Below are positions 10,240 to 19,685 of a stretch of DNA of 64,000 nucleotides, one piece after another. The position numbers and the translations under genes were made by a program. The notes beneath the pieces were generated by a model. It had not been told where the DNA came from. It saw only the letters and a program-made list of their open reading frames with translations, and searched no databases. The stretch comes from Gammaproteobacteria bacterium. GTDB lineage: Bacteria; Pseudomonadota; Gammaproteobacteria; Steroidobacterales; Steroidobacteraceae. The DNA lies in contig JAYVYN010000024.1 of assembly GCA_043784265.1 (NCBI GenBank), positions 2,621 to 66,620 on the forward strand, in the 5' to 3' direction. Each line of letters starts with the position of its first letter. The first letter of the stretch is position 1.

Positions 10240-11118
10240 CTAATGGTCGTAAACAAATCCTGCGAAAAAAGTCACTACCTGCGGTCTTGCAATGTACGGA
10301 CTCTTAGCAATCGCTGCGCCTAGGTATTCGTAATGCACGAACGCAGTGAAGCTCCATTTGCCGGATAGAGGTCGTTGGTATGCAATTTTGACGAAGGGAT
10401 TCAATGCGGCACCCGGCCTATAGAGCGAGCCTGCACCATAATAATGGTTAACGAGAGCAGCGCTTTTCCAAGTTGCGCCAATTCCGGCGTTTAAATTATA
10501 GGGCGATTTTAGCAATGGAATTTGTAGCGCGGCTCGTACCTCATCACCATGAAAATTGCTGGTGAGTTCGTGCAATAAATCCAATTGACCGGTAAGGTTG
10601 GCGATATTGAATGACCACTCCGGGCCAGCCAGGTAGCTTATGCGCGGTCGAGGTAGGGGTAAGGATGTTGAGCCTGAAGTGAAACCACGTTGCAAGGTAT
10701 CGCGCGGATTGTGTGCAATAGCAGCAGCGTTCGCACCATTGGGAACAAAGAAATTTTGCAAATCACTGCGAACGAAATAGACCCGATCATAGCTGGGACT
10801 TGCGACGAGGTTTAGAGTATTGGTGTCATTTTCAAACAACGTGAGACCCGCATCGAGATTATCGATGAAGAATCGCTTACCGTAGTAACTAAATTGCGGT
10901 ATCACAACGAGCGGGATATTCTTACCATCGTCGATAGGATTAATGCGCAGGCCTGCGCCCAAGGAAAGACTGAAATTCCATTTGCCTGGCGCCACACAAT
11001 CGTGCGGCAAGTCAGTACAGCTTTCGCTCGCGATAGCATAACGCGGGACATCTAGCACCATTAGGAGGAAGGCGCCTAGATAGGCGAGGGCGCGTTTTGC
11101 GGTCGTGGAGGGCATCAC
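10240..11118 (-). CDS. mipA: MipA/OmpV-family outer-membrane protein
   Basis: Signal peptide, beta-strand-rich sequence, and length and C-terminus typical of MipA/OmpV. Confidence 0.7.
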   Translation of the reverse strand: MMPSTTAKRALAYLGAFLLMVLDVPRYAIASESCTDLPHDCVAPGKWNFSLSLGAGLRINPIDDGKNIPLVVIPQFSYYGKRFFIDNLDAGLTLFENDTNTLNLVASPSYDRVYFVRSDLQNFFVPNGANAAAIAHNPRDTLQRGFTSGSTSLPLPRPRISYLAGPEWSFNIANLTGQLDLLHELTSNFHGDEVRAALQIPLLKSPYNLNAGIGATWKSAALVNHYYGAGSLYRPGAALNPFVKIAYQRPLSGKWSFTAFVHYEYLGAAIAKSPYIARPQVVTFFAGFVYDH

Positions 11119-11165
11119 GGAACAAACTATAGCAGTACGATCGCGTTAGAAGCTGATTGGCTTGA

Positions 11166-11206
11166 TTTACAAAAAATTACAGAATCAGAAAAAGTTACGC
11201 TTACAG
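11166..11206 (-). promoter_or_regulatory. Candidate response-regulator binding site (GTAAT-N5-GTAAA plus two further GTAA copies) upstream of mipA
   Basis: The minus strand reads TGTAATTTTTTGTAAA at 11166-11181 and GTAAGCGTAAC at 11194-11204. The sites lie 48-88 nt upstream of the mipA start. Confidence 0.25.
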
Positions 11207-11293
11207 TCAACTAGTTGTTTATTGCCAATACCTCAACGCCAACCTCTCGCAGCAGCATCCAACATCGCACTGGCGCTCCGTTAGAGCGCGATA

Positions 11294-11689
11294 TCATTCT
11301 TCTTCTTTCTGCTGTTTTGCCTGTTTTTGCGAGGCCAGCCATTGTCCGAGTTTTCTCAAGTCTTTGGGTTTAGATGCTACTTTCCGGTCAAGCTTGCCGC
11401 TCGCGTAGGGGTCGTATCCATGCGTGACGCCAAGCGGGTTGGCTAGGATAGCTTTGGGCTGCTTCGGGATTTTTTTTGGAGGGCTAGGCGCAGCGTGCTT
11501 GCGCTTAACGGGTGGCGATTCGCGCCGTTGCGGAGCTACGCCGGCTTCGACGCTATTTTGCGGTCGCGGACTTGCCCATTCCCAAACAGCATTGCCGAGA
11601 TCATCAAAGGTTACCCGTCCGGAGGGCAGACCTTTATAGTCCAGTCCTTCGGCAATTACGGGCGATTTTTTCTTGTCTTTTTCGTTCAC
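11294..11689 (-). CDS. Hypothetical basic (Lys/Pro-rich) protein
   Basis: ORF only. No motif recognised. Confidence 0.4.
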   Translation of the reverse strand: MNEKDKKKSPVIAEGLDYKGLPSGRVTFDDLGNAVWEWASPRPQNSVEAGVAPQRRESPPVKRKHAAPSPPKKIPKQPKAILANPLGVTHGYDPYASGKLDRKVASKPKDLRKLGQWLASQKQAKQQKEEE

Positions 11690-11704
11690 GATAAAGACTT
11701 GGCC

Positions 11705-12232
11705 CTATTTGAGATGGTGTTGAGCACGCATTAGCGCCACCACAGTTTTGCCGTCGTTCCATTCACCGGATATTACTTTATCAATCGCTTGGGCAAGCGG
11801 TATCCATTGTAACTCAAGGTCCTCGTCGGCATCGGGATTGGCGGCACCGACTTGTAAGTCCTGCGCTAAATACAAATGAATTATTTCGGTAAAAATACCG
11901 GGAGCGGGTACGAATATTCCCAGAGAGGACCAGTTCTTAGCCGCCACGCCGGTCTCCTCGGCAAGTTCCCGTACCGCACAAATTTGGGGTGCTTCACCCG
12001 CATCCAACTTGCCGGCGGGTATTTCCCATAGAAAATCGGTGACGCCAGGCCGATATTGCTTTACCAGGCATACGCGTAGATCCCGGTCCACAGCAACAAC
12101 AGCGGCTCCACCGGGATGCCGCACCAGATCTAGTTGGTACTCCCGGCCGCTGTTGTAACGTATTGTTTCTGTATAGACCTCAATAATACGACCGCGATGT
12201 ACGCGGGTGCTGGCGATAGTGGTGGGTTTCAA
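11705..12232 (-). CDS. NUDIX hydrolase (ADP-ribose pyrophosphatase-like)
   Basis: Nudix box GKLDAGEAPQICAVRELAEETGV. Confidence 0.85.
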   Translation of the reverse strand: MKPTTIASTRVHRGRIIEVYTETIRYNSGREYQLDLVRHPGGAAVVAVDRDLRVCLVKQYRPGVTDFLWEIPAGKLDAGEAPQICAVRELAEETGVAAKNWSSLGIFVPAPGIFTEIIHLYLAQDLQVGAANPDADEDLELQWIPLAQAIDKVISGEWNDGKTVVALMRAQHHLK

Positions 12233-12363
12233 CTGATGTTCCTAAGGCTCATGGGTTCAGTATGCCGGAAAGTAACTACGGCAGCTGTGATCTGGCTCCT
12301 CGCACAAGATTGGCTTGCGCGTTAATCTGGATATACGTACAGTTCGATTTTTTACACTAATTT

Positions 12364-14451
12364 ATGATGAAGTCAAAGCCCAATTCTTTCGATTCGCTCA
12401 ATGCGGCCCAGCGTCGGGCAGCTACCTTTGGCACTGTCACTGAGGGTACGGGGGTCAAATCGGGACCCTTGCTGATTATTGCGGGAGCAGGCACTGGCAA
12501 AACCAATGCTTTGGCGCATCGCGCAGCGCATCTGGTATTAAACGGCACTGATCCGGCGCGGATAATGATGCTGACCTTTACGCGGCGTGCTGCGCAAGAA
12601 ATGATCCGGCGTGCCCAGGGCATTGTCGCCGATGCACTGGCAGAACGCGGTAAGCTCGGAGATCGCAGTGTTCAGTCGCGGCTCCTGTGGTCAGGGACTT
12701 TTCACTCGGTCGGTAACCGCATTTTGCGATTATTTGCTAAGCAGCTGGGGCTTGATCCTACCTATACGGTGCTTGATCGCACCGATGCCGCCGACCTTAT
12801 TGATGTTATTCGCCACGATCTGGGATATTCGGCGAAGGACAAACGTTTTCCGCGCAAAGATATATGTCTTGCAATATATACGTATCGAGTAAACACCCGT
12901 TTGTCGTTGAAACAGACTCTGGAAGAGCAATATCCTTGGTGTCGCGAGTGGGAGGCAGATTTGACGCTGCTTTATCGCAAATATGTAGGCGTTAAGCAAA
13001 AAAATAATGTACTGGACTTTGATGACTTACTACTTTACTGGCATGCGATGATGAAAAATTCGGCACTTGCGCAGAGTTTGGCTAAGAATTTTGATCATGT
13101 GCTGGTTGACGAATATCAAGACACTAGCGCCCTACAGGGTGAAGTGATTCATGCGCTTAAGCCTGACGGTCAGGGCGTCACGGTGGTGGGCGACGATGCT
13201 CAGGCTATTTATTCATTCCGCGCAGCCGCGGTTGAGAATATTTTGGGTTTTGCTGAGCGCTATACGCCGAAAGCCGATGTCATTGTGTTGGCGCAAAACT
13301 ATCGCTCGACTCAACCGATTTTAGATGCGGCCAATGCCCTGATGGCAGAGGGTTCGCGCCAATATCGCAAAACTCTTCTCACCACTCGCCAGTCGAACCA
13401 CAAACCGCTGTACGTGAGCGTGGACGATGCAGTTTCACAGGCCGAGTACATTGTTACAAAAATACTGGCCACTCGTGAAATTGGTGGTTCGCTGCGGCGT
13501 CACGCGATTCTATTTCGGAGTTCCCACCACAGTGATGTGCTTGAAGTTGAGCTGTCGAAACGCGATATCCCGTTTGTTAAATATGGCGGATTAAAATTTC
13601 TGGAAGCGGCGCATGTAAAGGATTTGCTGTCGGTATTGCGTTGGGCGGACAACCCGCGCAATTCCATGGCGGGATTTCGGGTGTTAAAGCTGATTCCCGG
13701 AATCGGACCGGCAAATGCCAAGCAAGCGCTCGAGTTTCTTGAGGCGCAAGGCCATAGCGTCAAGAGCTTAGCGAAGTTTGACGCGCCTCAGGCCGCCAAA
13801 ATGGACTGGAAGCGTTTTTGTGATTTGTTCGAGAAATTAGGCGATATACAGACCCCGTGGTCGGGTCAAGTTCGTTTAGTGCGTGACTGGTATAAGCCAC
13901 AATTGGAGAGGATATACGATGCCGCTTGGACGCGGGCGGGCGATTTGGAACAACTTGAAGCATTGGCGGGATCGCATGGCACTCGCGAGCGATTTTTGAC
14001 CGAGCTTACCCTGGACCCGCCTTCGGCGACTGGCGATCAAAGCGGCACCGCTTCAAAGGATGAAGACTATGTGATTTTGTCAACCATTCACTCGGCAAAG
14101 GGCCAGGAGTGGGATTTTGTGTATGTATTGAATGTTGCGGATGGGAATTTCCCATCTGAATTTTCGACCGGCAAACCTGAAATGGTTGAAGAGGAACGTA
14201 GGCTGCTCTATGTGGCCATGACTCGGGCGCGCAATGAATTGCATTTATGTGCACCCTTGAAATATCAAATCACTCAGCAGGCCAAAGAGGGCGACGCGCA
14301 TGTATACGGCGCTAAAAGCCGTTTCATGACCGACAAAGTGCTGGAGTGTTTCGAACGCAGCAATTACCGTAGCGCCCGCAGTATCGAGAGTCTACGCGCC
14401 ACTGAAAGCTCGGCGGTCGACGTGGCTCAGGCACTCAAGGATATGTGGTAG
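12364..14451 (+). CDS. UvrD/Rep/PcrA-family ATP-dependent DNA helicase
   Basis: Walker A AGAGTGKT, DEYQDT, VGDDAQAIYSFRAA, QNYRS, and C-terminal TIHSAKGQEW / YVAMTRAR. Confidence 0.85.
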   Translation: MMKSKPNSFDSLNAAQRRAATFGTVTEGTGVKSGPLLIIAGAGTGKTNALAHRAAHLVLNGTDPARIMMLTFTRRAAQEMIRRAQGIVADALAERGKLGDRSVQSRLLWSGTFHSVGNRILRLFAKQLGLDPTYTVLDRTDAADLIDVIRHDLGYSAKDKRFPRKDICLAIYTYRVNTRLSLKQTLEEQYPWCREWEADLTLLYRKYVGVKQKNNVLDFDDLLLYWHAMMKNSALAQSLAKNFDHVLVDEYQDTSALQGEVIHALKPDGQGVTVVGDDAQAIYSFRAAAVENILGFAERYTPKADVIVLAQNYRSTQPILDAANALMAEGSRQYRKTLLTTRQSNHKPLYVSVDDAVSQAEYIVTKILATREIGGSLRRHAILFRSSHHSDVLEVELSKRDIPFVKYGGLKFLEAAHVKDLLSVLRWADNPRNSMAGFRVLKLIPGIGPANAKQALEFLEAQGHSVKSLAKFDAPQAAKMDWKRFCDLFEKLGDIQTPWSGQVRLVRDWYKPQLERIYDAAWTRAGDLEQLEALAGSHGTRERFLTELTLDPPSATGDQSGTASKDEDYVILSTIHSAKGQEWDFVYVLNVADGNFPSEFSTGKPEMVEEERRLLYVAMTRARNELHLCAPLKYQITQQAKEGDAHVYGAKSRFMTDKVLECFERSNYRSARSIESLRATESSAVDVAQALKDMW

Positions 14452-14485
14452 CGCGGCGCCCTCAGTGTGCGAGCCGCCAGTCGAA

Positions 14486-14767
14486 TTACGGCCGCCCCCG
14501 GCCACCGAATGAGCGCGGGCCAGGCGCGCGTTCTTGGGCTGCGTTGACTTTGATGGGTCGTCCGCCCATTTGATATCCGTTTGCCTGCTGGATAGCATTT
14601 TGTGCATCGCTGGCCGCCATATCGGCAAACGCAAAACCGCGCGGTCGTCCGGTTTCCCGGTCAGTGACTAGTTTTACGGATTCGACTTTGCCGAACCGCT
14701 GTAAAAGGTTACGAACTTCGTCTTCGGTCGCGGTGAACGGTAGATTTCCCACATAGATTGTCGTCAT
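14486..14767 (-). CDS. RRM-type RNA-binding protein with a short RGG-like tail
   Basis: RNP2 IYVGNL and RNP1 RGFAFADM. The C-terminus is FGGRGRP. Confidence 0.85.
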   Translation of the reverse strand: MTTIYVGNLPFTATEDEVRNLLQRFGKVESVKLVTDRETGRPRGFAFADMAASDAQNAIQQANGYQMGGRPIKVNAAQERAPGPRSFGGRGRP

Positions 14768-14788
14768 TTAAAATCTCACTTTAGAATT

Positions 14789-16717
14789 TTACGAGGACTC
14801 AAGATAGGCGTAACCATTGAGTTCGTTCTCATAGAATCGTTTTACCGCTTGGGCTTCGGTTAGTGTCATTCGCCCCTCGCGTATCGCTCGTTCGCAGTCG
14901 CGCGCCAGACTCGGATACAGCTCGTCGGTATCGTACTCCATATACTCCAATACTTTATTAGCCGTATCGCCTTTAACAATCTCCTCGATCCACCATCCGC
15001 CTTCATCGTGCAGGCGAATGTGTACCACATGCGTATCGCCAAAAAGATTGTGTAGGTCACCTAAGGTCTCTTGGTATGCACCTACCAAAAATGCTGCCAA
15101 ATAATAAGGCTCGCCCGCACGCAGATCATGTACTTCGAGGGTGCGTTTAGTGGTCCGTGGATGGACGAAGCGGTCAATTTTGCCATCCGAATCACAGGTA
15201 ATATCCGCTAATACCGCATTGCGTTCGGGGCGTTCATCAAGGCGCTGGATGGGCATGATCGGAAATAATTGTCCAATAGCCCAGCTATCGGGAAGCGACT
15301 GAAACACAGAGAAATTACAGAAATAGATATCGCTTAAAGTGCACTCTAGGTTTTCGAGTTGTTCGGGAATCTTGTCTAATTTTCGGCAATAGTCGCGAAT
15401 CTTGGTGCAGGTAGCCCAGTATAAACGCTCTGCTAGGCCGCGAAATTCCAGGCTGAGTAGCCCGAGATTAAACATCTGCAGCGCTTGCTCGCGTGCTTGC
15501 AGGGCGTCGTGATAACACTCCACCACGCGACGCTCGTTAACTGAGCGAAAACTATCAAATAAATCGCGCACCGGTTGCGGTACCGCATCGCCGCCGTGAT
15601 AATCCTCTTCGACCCGGCCCGCCACCTTGAATTGGTCTAATTTAGATGAGCCGAGAATATCAAACACTAGCAGGCTGTGATGTGCGGCGATTGCGCGTCC
15701 CGACTCGCTCACGATCATAGGGTGCGGCACATTGCGCGCATCGCAAACGCTTTTAATGCGATAAACGACGTCGCTCGCGTACTCATTTAAGGTGTAGTTC
15801 ATGGACGATTCAAAGTTGGTGCCGCTGCCGTCGTAGTCGACGCCCAGACCGCCGCCAATATCGATATATTGAAGCCCAGCACCCATGAGTTTTAATTCTG
15901 AGTACACATGCGCGAGCTCGTTGATAGCGTCTTTGACTCGTCGGATATCGTGTAATTGGCTGCCCGGGTGGCAGTGCACTAGTTGTAGGCAGTCGAGCAT
16001 ATCGTGCTCTTTTAAAAGTGCGTGCAGTTCGAGGATTTCGCTAATGAATAGCCCGAATTTGGATTTTTCGCCGGCCGATTCGCGCCAGCGACCGGCTCCT
16101 TCGCTGGCCAGCTTGACGCGCACCCCGATTTTTGGACGTACTGCGTAGTTTTTGGCGTGTTTGAGAATTAAATAAATTTCTTCAAAATTTTCTACCACCG
16201 GGATGATGGTACGGCCGAGTTTTGTGGCAAGAATAACCGCTTCGATATAACTATCGTCCTTGAAACCATTGCACACCACGATCCGGTCGGGTGCATCTTC
16301 GGTGATGGACATTACGGCGAGTAGTTCCGGTTTTGAGCCTACTTCAAGGCCAAAGCCAAATTCCTTGCCGTAACGATAAACCTCCTCGACTACCAGACGT
16401 TGCTGGTTGACCTTGATGGGAAAGACTGCGGCATAGCGATTTTTATAGTCGTTTTCGGCGATGGCGGTGCTAAATGCGTCCGCCAAATGACGCAAGCGAT
16501 GCGCTAAAATGTCGGAAAAACGAATCACCACAGGTGTATGCAGGTCACGAGCCCTTAAGCCTTGCACTACATCGTAGAGATCGATCTCCCGGGTGGCGTC
16601 TATGCCGGGCCTCACTACCACATGGCCTTGGTTATTTATCGCAAAGTAGCCCTTTCCCCAGGCGGCGACTTGGTATAAATCCAGTGATTCGGTGATCTTC
16701 CAGGCAGTTGTATTCAT
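14789..16717 (-). CDS. speA: Biosynthetic arginine decarboxylase
   Basis: Full-length similarity to SpeA in length (~640 aa), N-terminus (YFAINNQGHVVVRP) and PLP-fold motifs. Confidence 0.9.
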   Translation of the reverse strand: MNTTAWKITESLDLYQVAAWGKGYFAINNQGHVVVRPGIDATREIDLYDVVQGLRARDLHTPVVIRFSDILAHRLRHLADAFSTAIAENDYKNRYAAVFPIKVNQQRLVVEEVYRYGKEFGFGLEVGSKPELLAVMSITEDAPDRIVVCNGFKDDSYIEAVILATKLGRTIIPVVENFEEIYLILKHAKNYAVRPKIGVRVKLASEGAGRWRESAGEKSKFGLFISEILELHALLKEHDMLDCLQLVHCHPGSQLHDIRRVKDAINELAHVYSELKLMGAGLQYIDIGGGLGVDYDGSGTNFESSMNYTLNEYASDVVYRIKSVCDARNVPHPMIVSESGRAIAAHHSLLVFDILGSSKLDQFKVAGRVEEDYHGGDAVPQPVRDLFDSFRSVNERRVVECYHDALQAREQALQMFNLGLLSLEFRGLAERLYWATCTKIRDYCRKLDKIPEQLENLECTLSDIYFCNFSVFQSLPDSWAIGQLFPIMPIQRLDERPERNAVLADITCDSDGKIDRFVHPRTTKRTLEVHDLRAGEPYYLAAFLVGAYQETLGDLHNLFGDTHVVHIRLHDEGGWWIEEIVKGDTANKVLEYMEYDTDELYPSLARDCERAIREGRMTLTEAQAVKRFYENELNGYAYLESS

Positions 16718-16786
16718 TTAGTACGCACGATAGCAAATTCATACGGCATGTAAATGCTGATGCCAACATCCGTTACAATCCGACTT

Positions 16787-17446
16787 ATGGCAATTACTCT
16801 ATATTGGGCTGGCGGGAGTCCGTTTGCATGGCGAGTACACCTGGCGCTTGAACATAAGCAGTTGGCGTACGAATCGCAACTATTGCACTTCGACAAGCAG
16901 GAACATCAATCACCGCAAATGTTGAAACTCAACCCGCGCGGCTTGTTGCCGGTTCTTAAAGACAACGATTACGTGGTGTTTGAGTCGCTCGCGGTGCTGT
17001 ATTACTTGGACAGAAAATATCCTGAGTTTCCCATTTTTGGTGCCAGTCCAGAGGAAGCGGGTGTCATCATGCGAGTGATTTGCGAATTTCAAGCCTATGC
17101 CGAGCCGGCCATCCAGAAAATCACCCGCGGCGTATTTGCTGATAAAGTGGCGGGAAATCTCGACGATCTCACCGACGCAATGCATGTGGTAGGCCGCGAG
17201 GCGCGCACTATTGAGGGTCGCTTGAGCAAGGCGCAATGGATTGTGGGGACGCAATATTCTGCTGTTGATATGGTGATATTCCCGTGGATTCAGTTGCTGC
17301 GTCGAGCCTTAGGAAAGAATTCGGCAGCGGAGCTGGGGGCGCGTTTTTTGCCGATGGAAACGAATTACCCGGCACTTGCGCGCTGGGTTCTACGGATTGA
17401 GTCGCTTCCAGGTTACGCGCGTACCTATCCGCCTCATTGGCGCTAA
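16787..17446 (+). CDS. Glutathione S-transferase
   Basis: GST N-terminal thioredoxin-like fold (LNPRGLLPVL..VVFESLAVLYYL) plus a helical C-terminal domain. Start trimmed to MAITLYW. Confidence 0.8.
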   Translation: MAITLYWAGGSPFAWRVHLALEHKQLAYESQLLHFDKQEHQSPQMLKLNPRGLLPVLKDNDYVVFESLAVLYYLDRKYPEFPIFGASPEEAGVIMRVICEFQAYAEPAIQKITRGVFADKVAGNLDDLTDAMHVVGREARTIEGRLSKAQWIVGTQYSAVDMVIFPWIQLLRRALGKNSAAELGARFLPMETNYPALARWVLRIESLPGYARTYPPHWR

Positions 17447-17482
17447 TGAATTAATGAGCGATAAATCAATGAGCAATAAATT

Positions 17483-18901
17483 ATGAGAAAAAACGAAGTG
17501 CATGTGAATTTTGCGGGCAAGCTAGTTCTGGTGGGTTTCGGCAGCATAGGCCAGGGAATCTTGCCACTGATCTTGCGTCACATTGGCACTTCGCCTGATC
17601 GTATTACGATTGTTACCGCCGAGGACGCTGGCCGCGTAGAAGCCGAACAATTTGGTGTGAAATTCGAAAAAACCGCGCTTACGCACGACAATTATCGGCA
17701 GATTCTGGAGCCTTTGCTCGGCGTTGGTGATTTCTTGTTAAATTTATCGGTAGACGTTTCGAGTGTGGCACTCATTAAACTGGCACGCGAGCGCGGCGCT
17801 TTGTACTTAGATACTTGTATTGAGCCCTGGGCGGGCGGCTACGTTGACCCCAAGGCGTCGGTTGCCACGCGTAGTAACTATGTGATGCGTTTAGGGGCTT
17901 TAGCCTTACGCAGTCCAGAGCCATTAGCGCCTACCGCGGTACTGACTCATGGCGCGAATCCAGGTTTGGTATCGCATTTGGTAAAAAAGGCCTTATTAAA
18001 TATCGCGGTTGATATGGGTCTTAAGACGGGACGACCGCAGACCCGGGAAGCGTGGGCCAAGTTGGCTCAGACGCTTGGTATCAAAGTGATTCATATCGCG
18101 GAGCGCGACACTCAAGTAGCCAATGTGCCGAAACTCTCGAATGAGTTTGTTAATACTTGGTCAGTGGATGGTTTTGTGAGCGAGGGCGCGCAGCCTGCCG
18201 AGCTGGGTTGGGGTACCCATGAAAAACATTTCCCAGTTGATGGAGGACGGCATACGCTAGGTTCTGGATGTGCAATTTATTTAAATCGCCCCGGGGCGAG
18301 CACCCGCGTGCGTACTTGGACACCTAAGTCGGGTCACTTCCATGGATTTTTGATCACGCATTCGGAGGCCATATCTTTAGCAGATTATTACACCGTGATA
18401 GAGGGCGGACGCGTGATTTATCGGCCCACTACGCACTATGCGTATCACCCCTGTGATAATGCCGTTATGTCCTTGCATGAGTTTGCGGGTCACAATTGGA
18501 CGCTGCAAGATCACAAACGCATTATGCTGAACGAGATCACTGCGGGCATGGACGAATTGGGCGTATTGCTCGCGGGCCATCAGAAGAATGCTTATTGGTA
18601 TGGTTCGCAGTTAACCATCGATGAGGCTAGAAAACTTGCACCTTACAATAGTGCTACGGGTCTGCAAGTCACTTCGGCGGCGTTGGCGGGCATGATTTGG
18701 GCGATGGAGAATCCGCAGCGCGGCATTGTAGAACCGGATGAAATGGACCATGAGCGCGTGCTTGAGATTTGTAGTCCGTATCTCGGCACAGTGGTGGGGC
18801 AGTATACGGATTGGACACCGCTGCATCAGCGCGGTGTGTTGTTCACCGAAGATCTCGACACCACCGATCCCTGGCAATTTAAGAATGTGCGTGTGACTTA
18901 G
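17483..18901 (+). CDS. hss: Homospermidine synthase (saccharopine-dehydrogenase-like NAD enzyme)
   Basis: ~470 aa with an N-terminal Rossmann motif (LVLVGFGSIGQG). Overall resemblance to bacterial HSS, and it lies next to speA. Confidence 0.75.
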   Translation: MRKNEVHVNFAGKLVLVGFGSIGQGILPLILRHIGTSPDRITIVTAEDAGRVEAEQFGVKFEKTALTHDNYRQILEPLLGVGDFLLNLSVDVSSVALIKLARERGALYLDTCIEPWAGGYVDPKASVATRSNYVMRLGALALRSPEPLAPTAVLTHGANPGLVSHLVKKALLNIAVDMGLKTGRPQTREAWAKLAQTLGIKVIHIAERDTQVANVPKLSNEFVNTWSVDGFVSEGAQPAELGWGTHEKHFPVDGGRHTLGSGCAIYLNRPGASTRVRTWTPKSGHFHGFLITHSEAISLADYYTVIEGGRVIYRPTTHYAYHPCDNAVMSLHEFAGHNWTLQDHKRIMLNEITAGMDELGVLLAGHQKNAYWYGSQLTIDEARKLAPYNSATGLQVTSAALAGMIWAMENPQRGIVEPDEMDHERVLEICSPYLGTVVGQYTDWTPLHQRGVLFTEDLDTTDPWQFKNVRVT

Positions 18902-19425
18902 TGTGTTTGGGCTATTAGTGTGTCGCGATATTCGATCGCTACGATGCACCAGTGGCGGGTGCCTCCGGGCAGCTCTAAAGTGAATTCATGGCCCTGGGGT
19001 TTGCCTAGTAGGGCGCGCCCCAGCGGTGAGTCCATACTAATATAGTCCTTAGCCCTATCGAATTCGTCAGGTCCGACAATCCGGTACCAGCTCGCATTAC
19101 CTTCGGGTTCTTCGAGCTGCACCCACGCCCCAAAATACACACGTTTCGCATGGCGGACACCCGCCTGTGGAGCGACGATGGTCATGCCTTCCAGCCTTTT
19201 GCGTAAAAAGCGCACTCGCGCGTCAATTTCACGTAATCGCTTCTTGCCATAGGTGTATTCCGCATTTTCTGAGCGATCGCCCTGAGCGGCCGCCTCGGAT
19301 ACTGCTTGGGTCACTTGGGGACGTTCTTTGAGCCACAATTGATCCAGTTCTTGGCGTAGTCGTGCGGCACCTTCTGGCGTGATGTATTTCGATCCGTGAA
19401 CCGTAGGGGGACGATATCGAGACAA
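18898..19425 (-). CDS. greB: Transcription elongation factor GreB
   Basis: YITPEGAARLRQELDQLW coiled-coil N-terminus and a GreA/GreB C-terminal domain (SMDSPLGRALLGK). Confidence 0.85.
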   Translation of the reverse strand: MSRYRPPTVHGSKYITPEGAARLRQELDQLWLKERPQVTQAVSEAAAQGDRSENAEYTYGKKRLREIDARVRFLRKRLEGMTIVAPQAGVRHAKRVYFGAWVQLEEPEGNASWYRIVGPDEFDRAKDYISMDSPLGRALLGKPQGHEFTLELPGGTRHWCIVAIEYRDTLIAQTH

Positions 19426-19600
19426 TTTGGGCCTCCTTTGGCCTGATTTTGCAAAGTTCGTGACGAAATTCCGTTCAAAGACGATCCAATCGAGAATTTG
19501 CTCACAGCCGAGCGAAGGCTTAAGTCTCTAGGATACCTGCCTGTTGTTATCGATTCCCCTAGCGGGCTTTATCCCCCTTCATTGAAGTCCGCACCTCTAA

Positions 19601-19629
19601 GCCCCGAGCACAACTCGGGGCTTTTTTTT
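19601..19629 (+). terminator. Rho-independent terminator with no upstream plus-strand CDS
   Basis: Perfect 8-bp GC-rich stem GCCCCGAG/CTCGGGGC with a 5-nt loop, followed by T8. On the minus strand the hairpin is not followed by a T tract. Confidence 0.6.
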
Positions 19630-19685
19630 GGTGGTAGACTTCCCCCTATCGGCCTCAAGTTGCGGGGCGAATAAGGGGTTTCACG

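Noticed and set aside
11705-14451. Nudix hydrolase plus UvrD-like helicase as a possible defence pair (Gabija-like or similar)
   Set aside because: The genes are divergently transcribed. There is no OLD/TOPRIM-type nuclease partner and no other defence or mobile genes nearby. Both look like ordinary housekeeping paralogues.
18898-18901. Convergent 4-nt overlap of the hss and greB stop codons
   Set aside because: This is a real feature but a trivial consequence of compact gene packing. No hairpin or regulatory element is evident.
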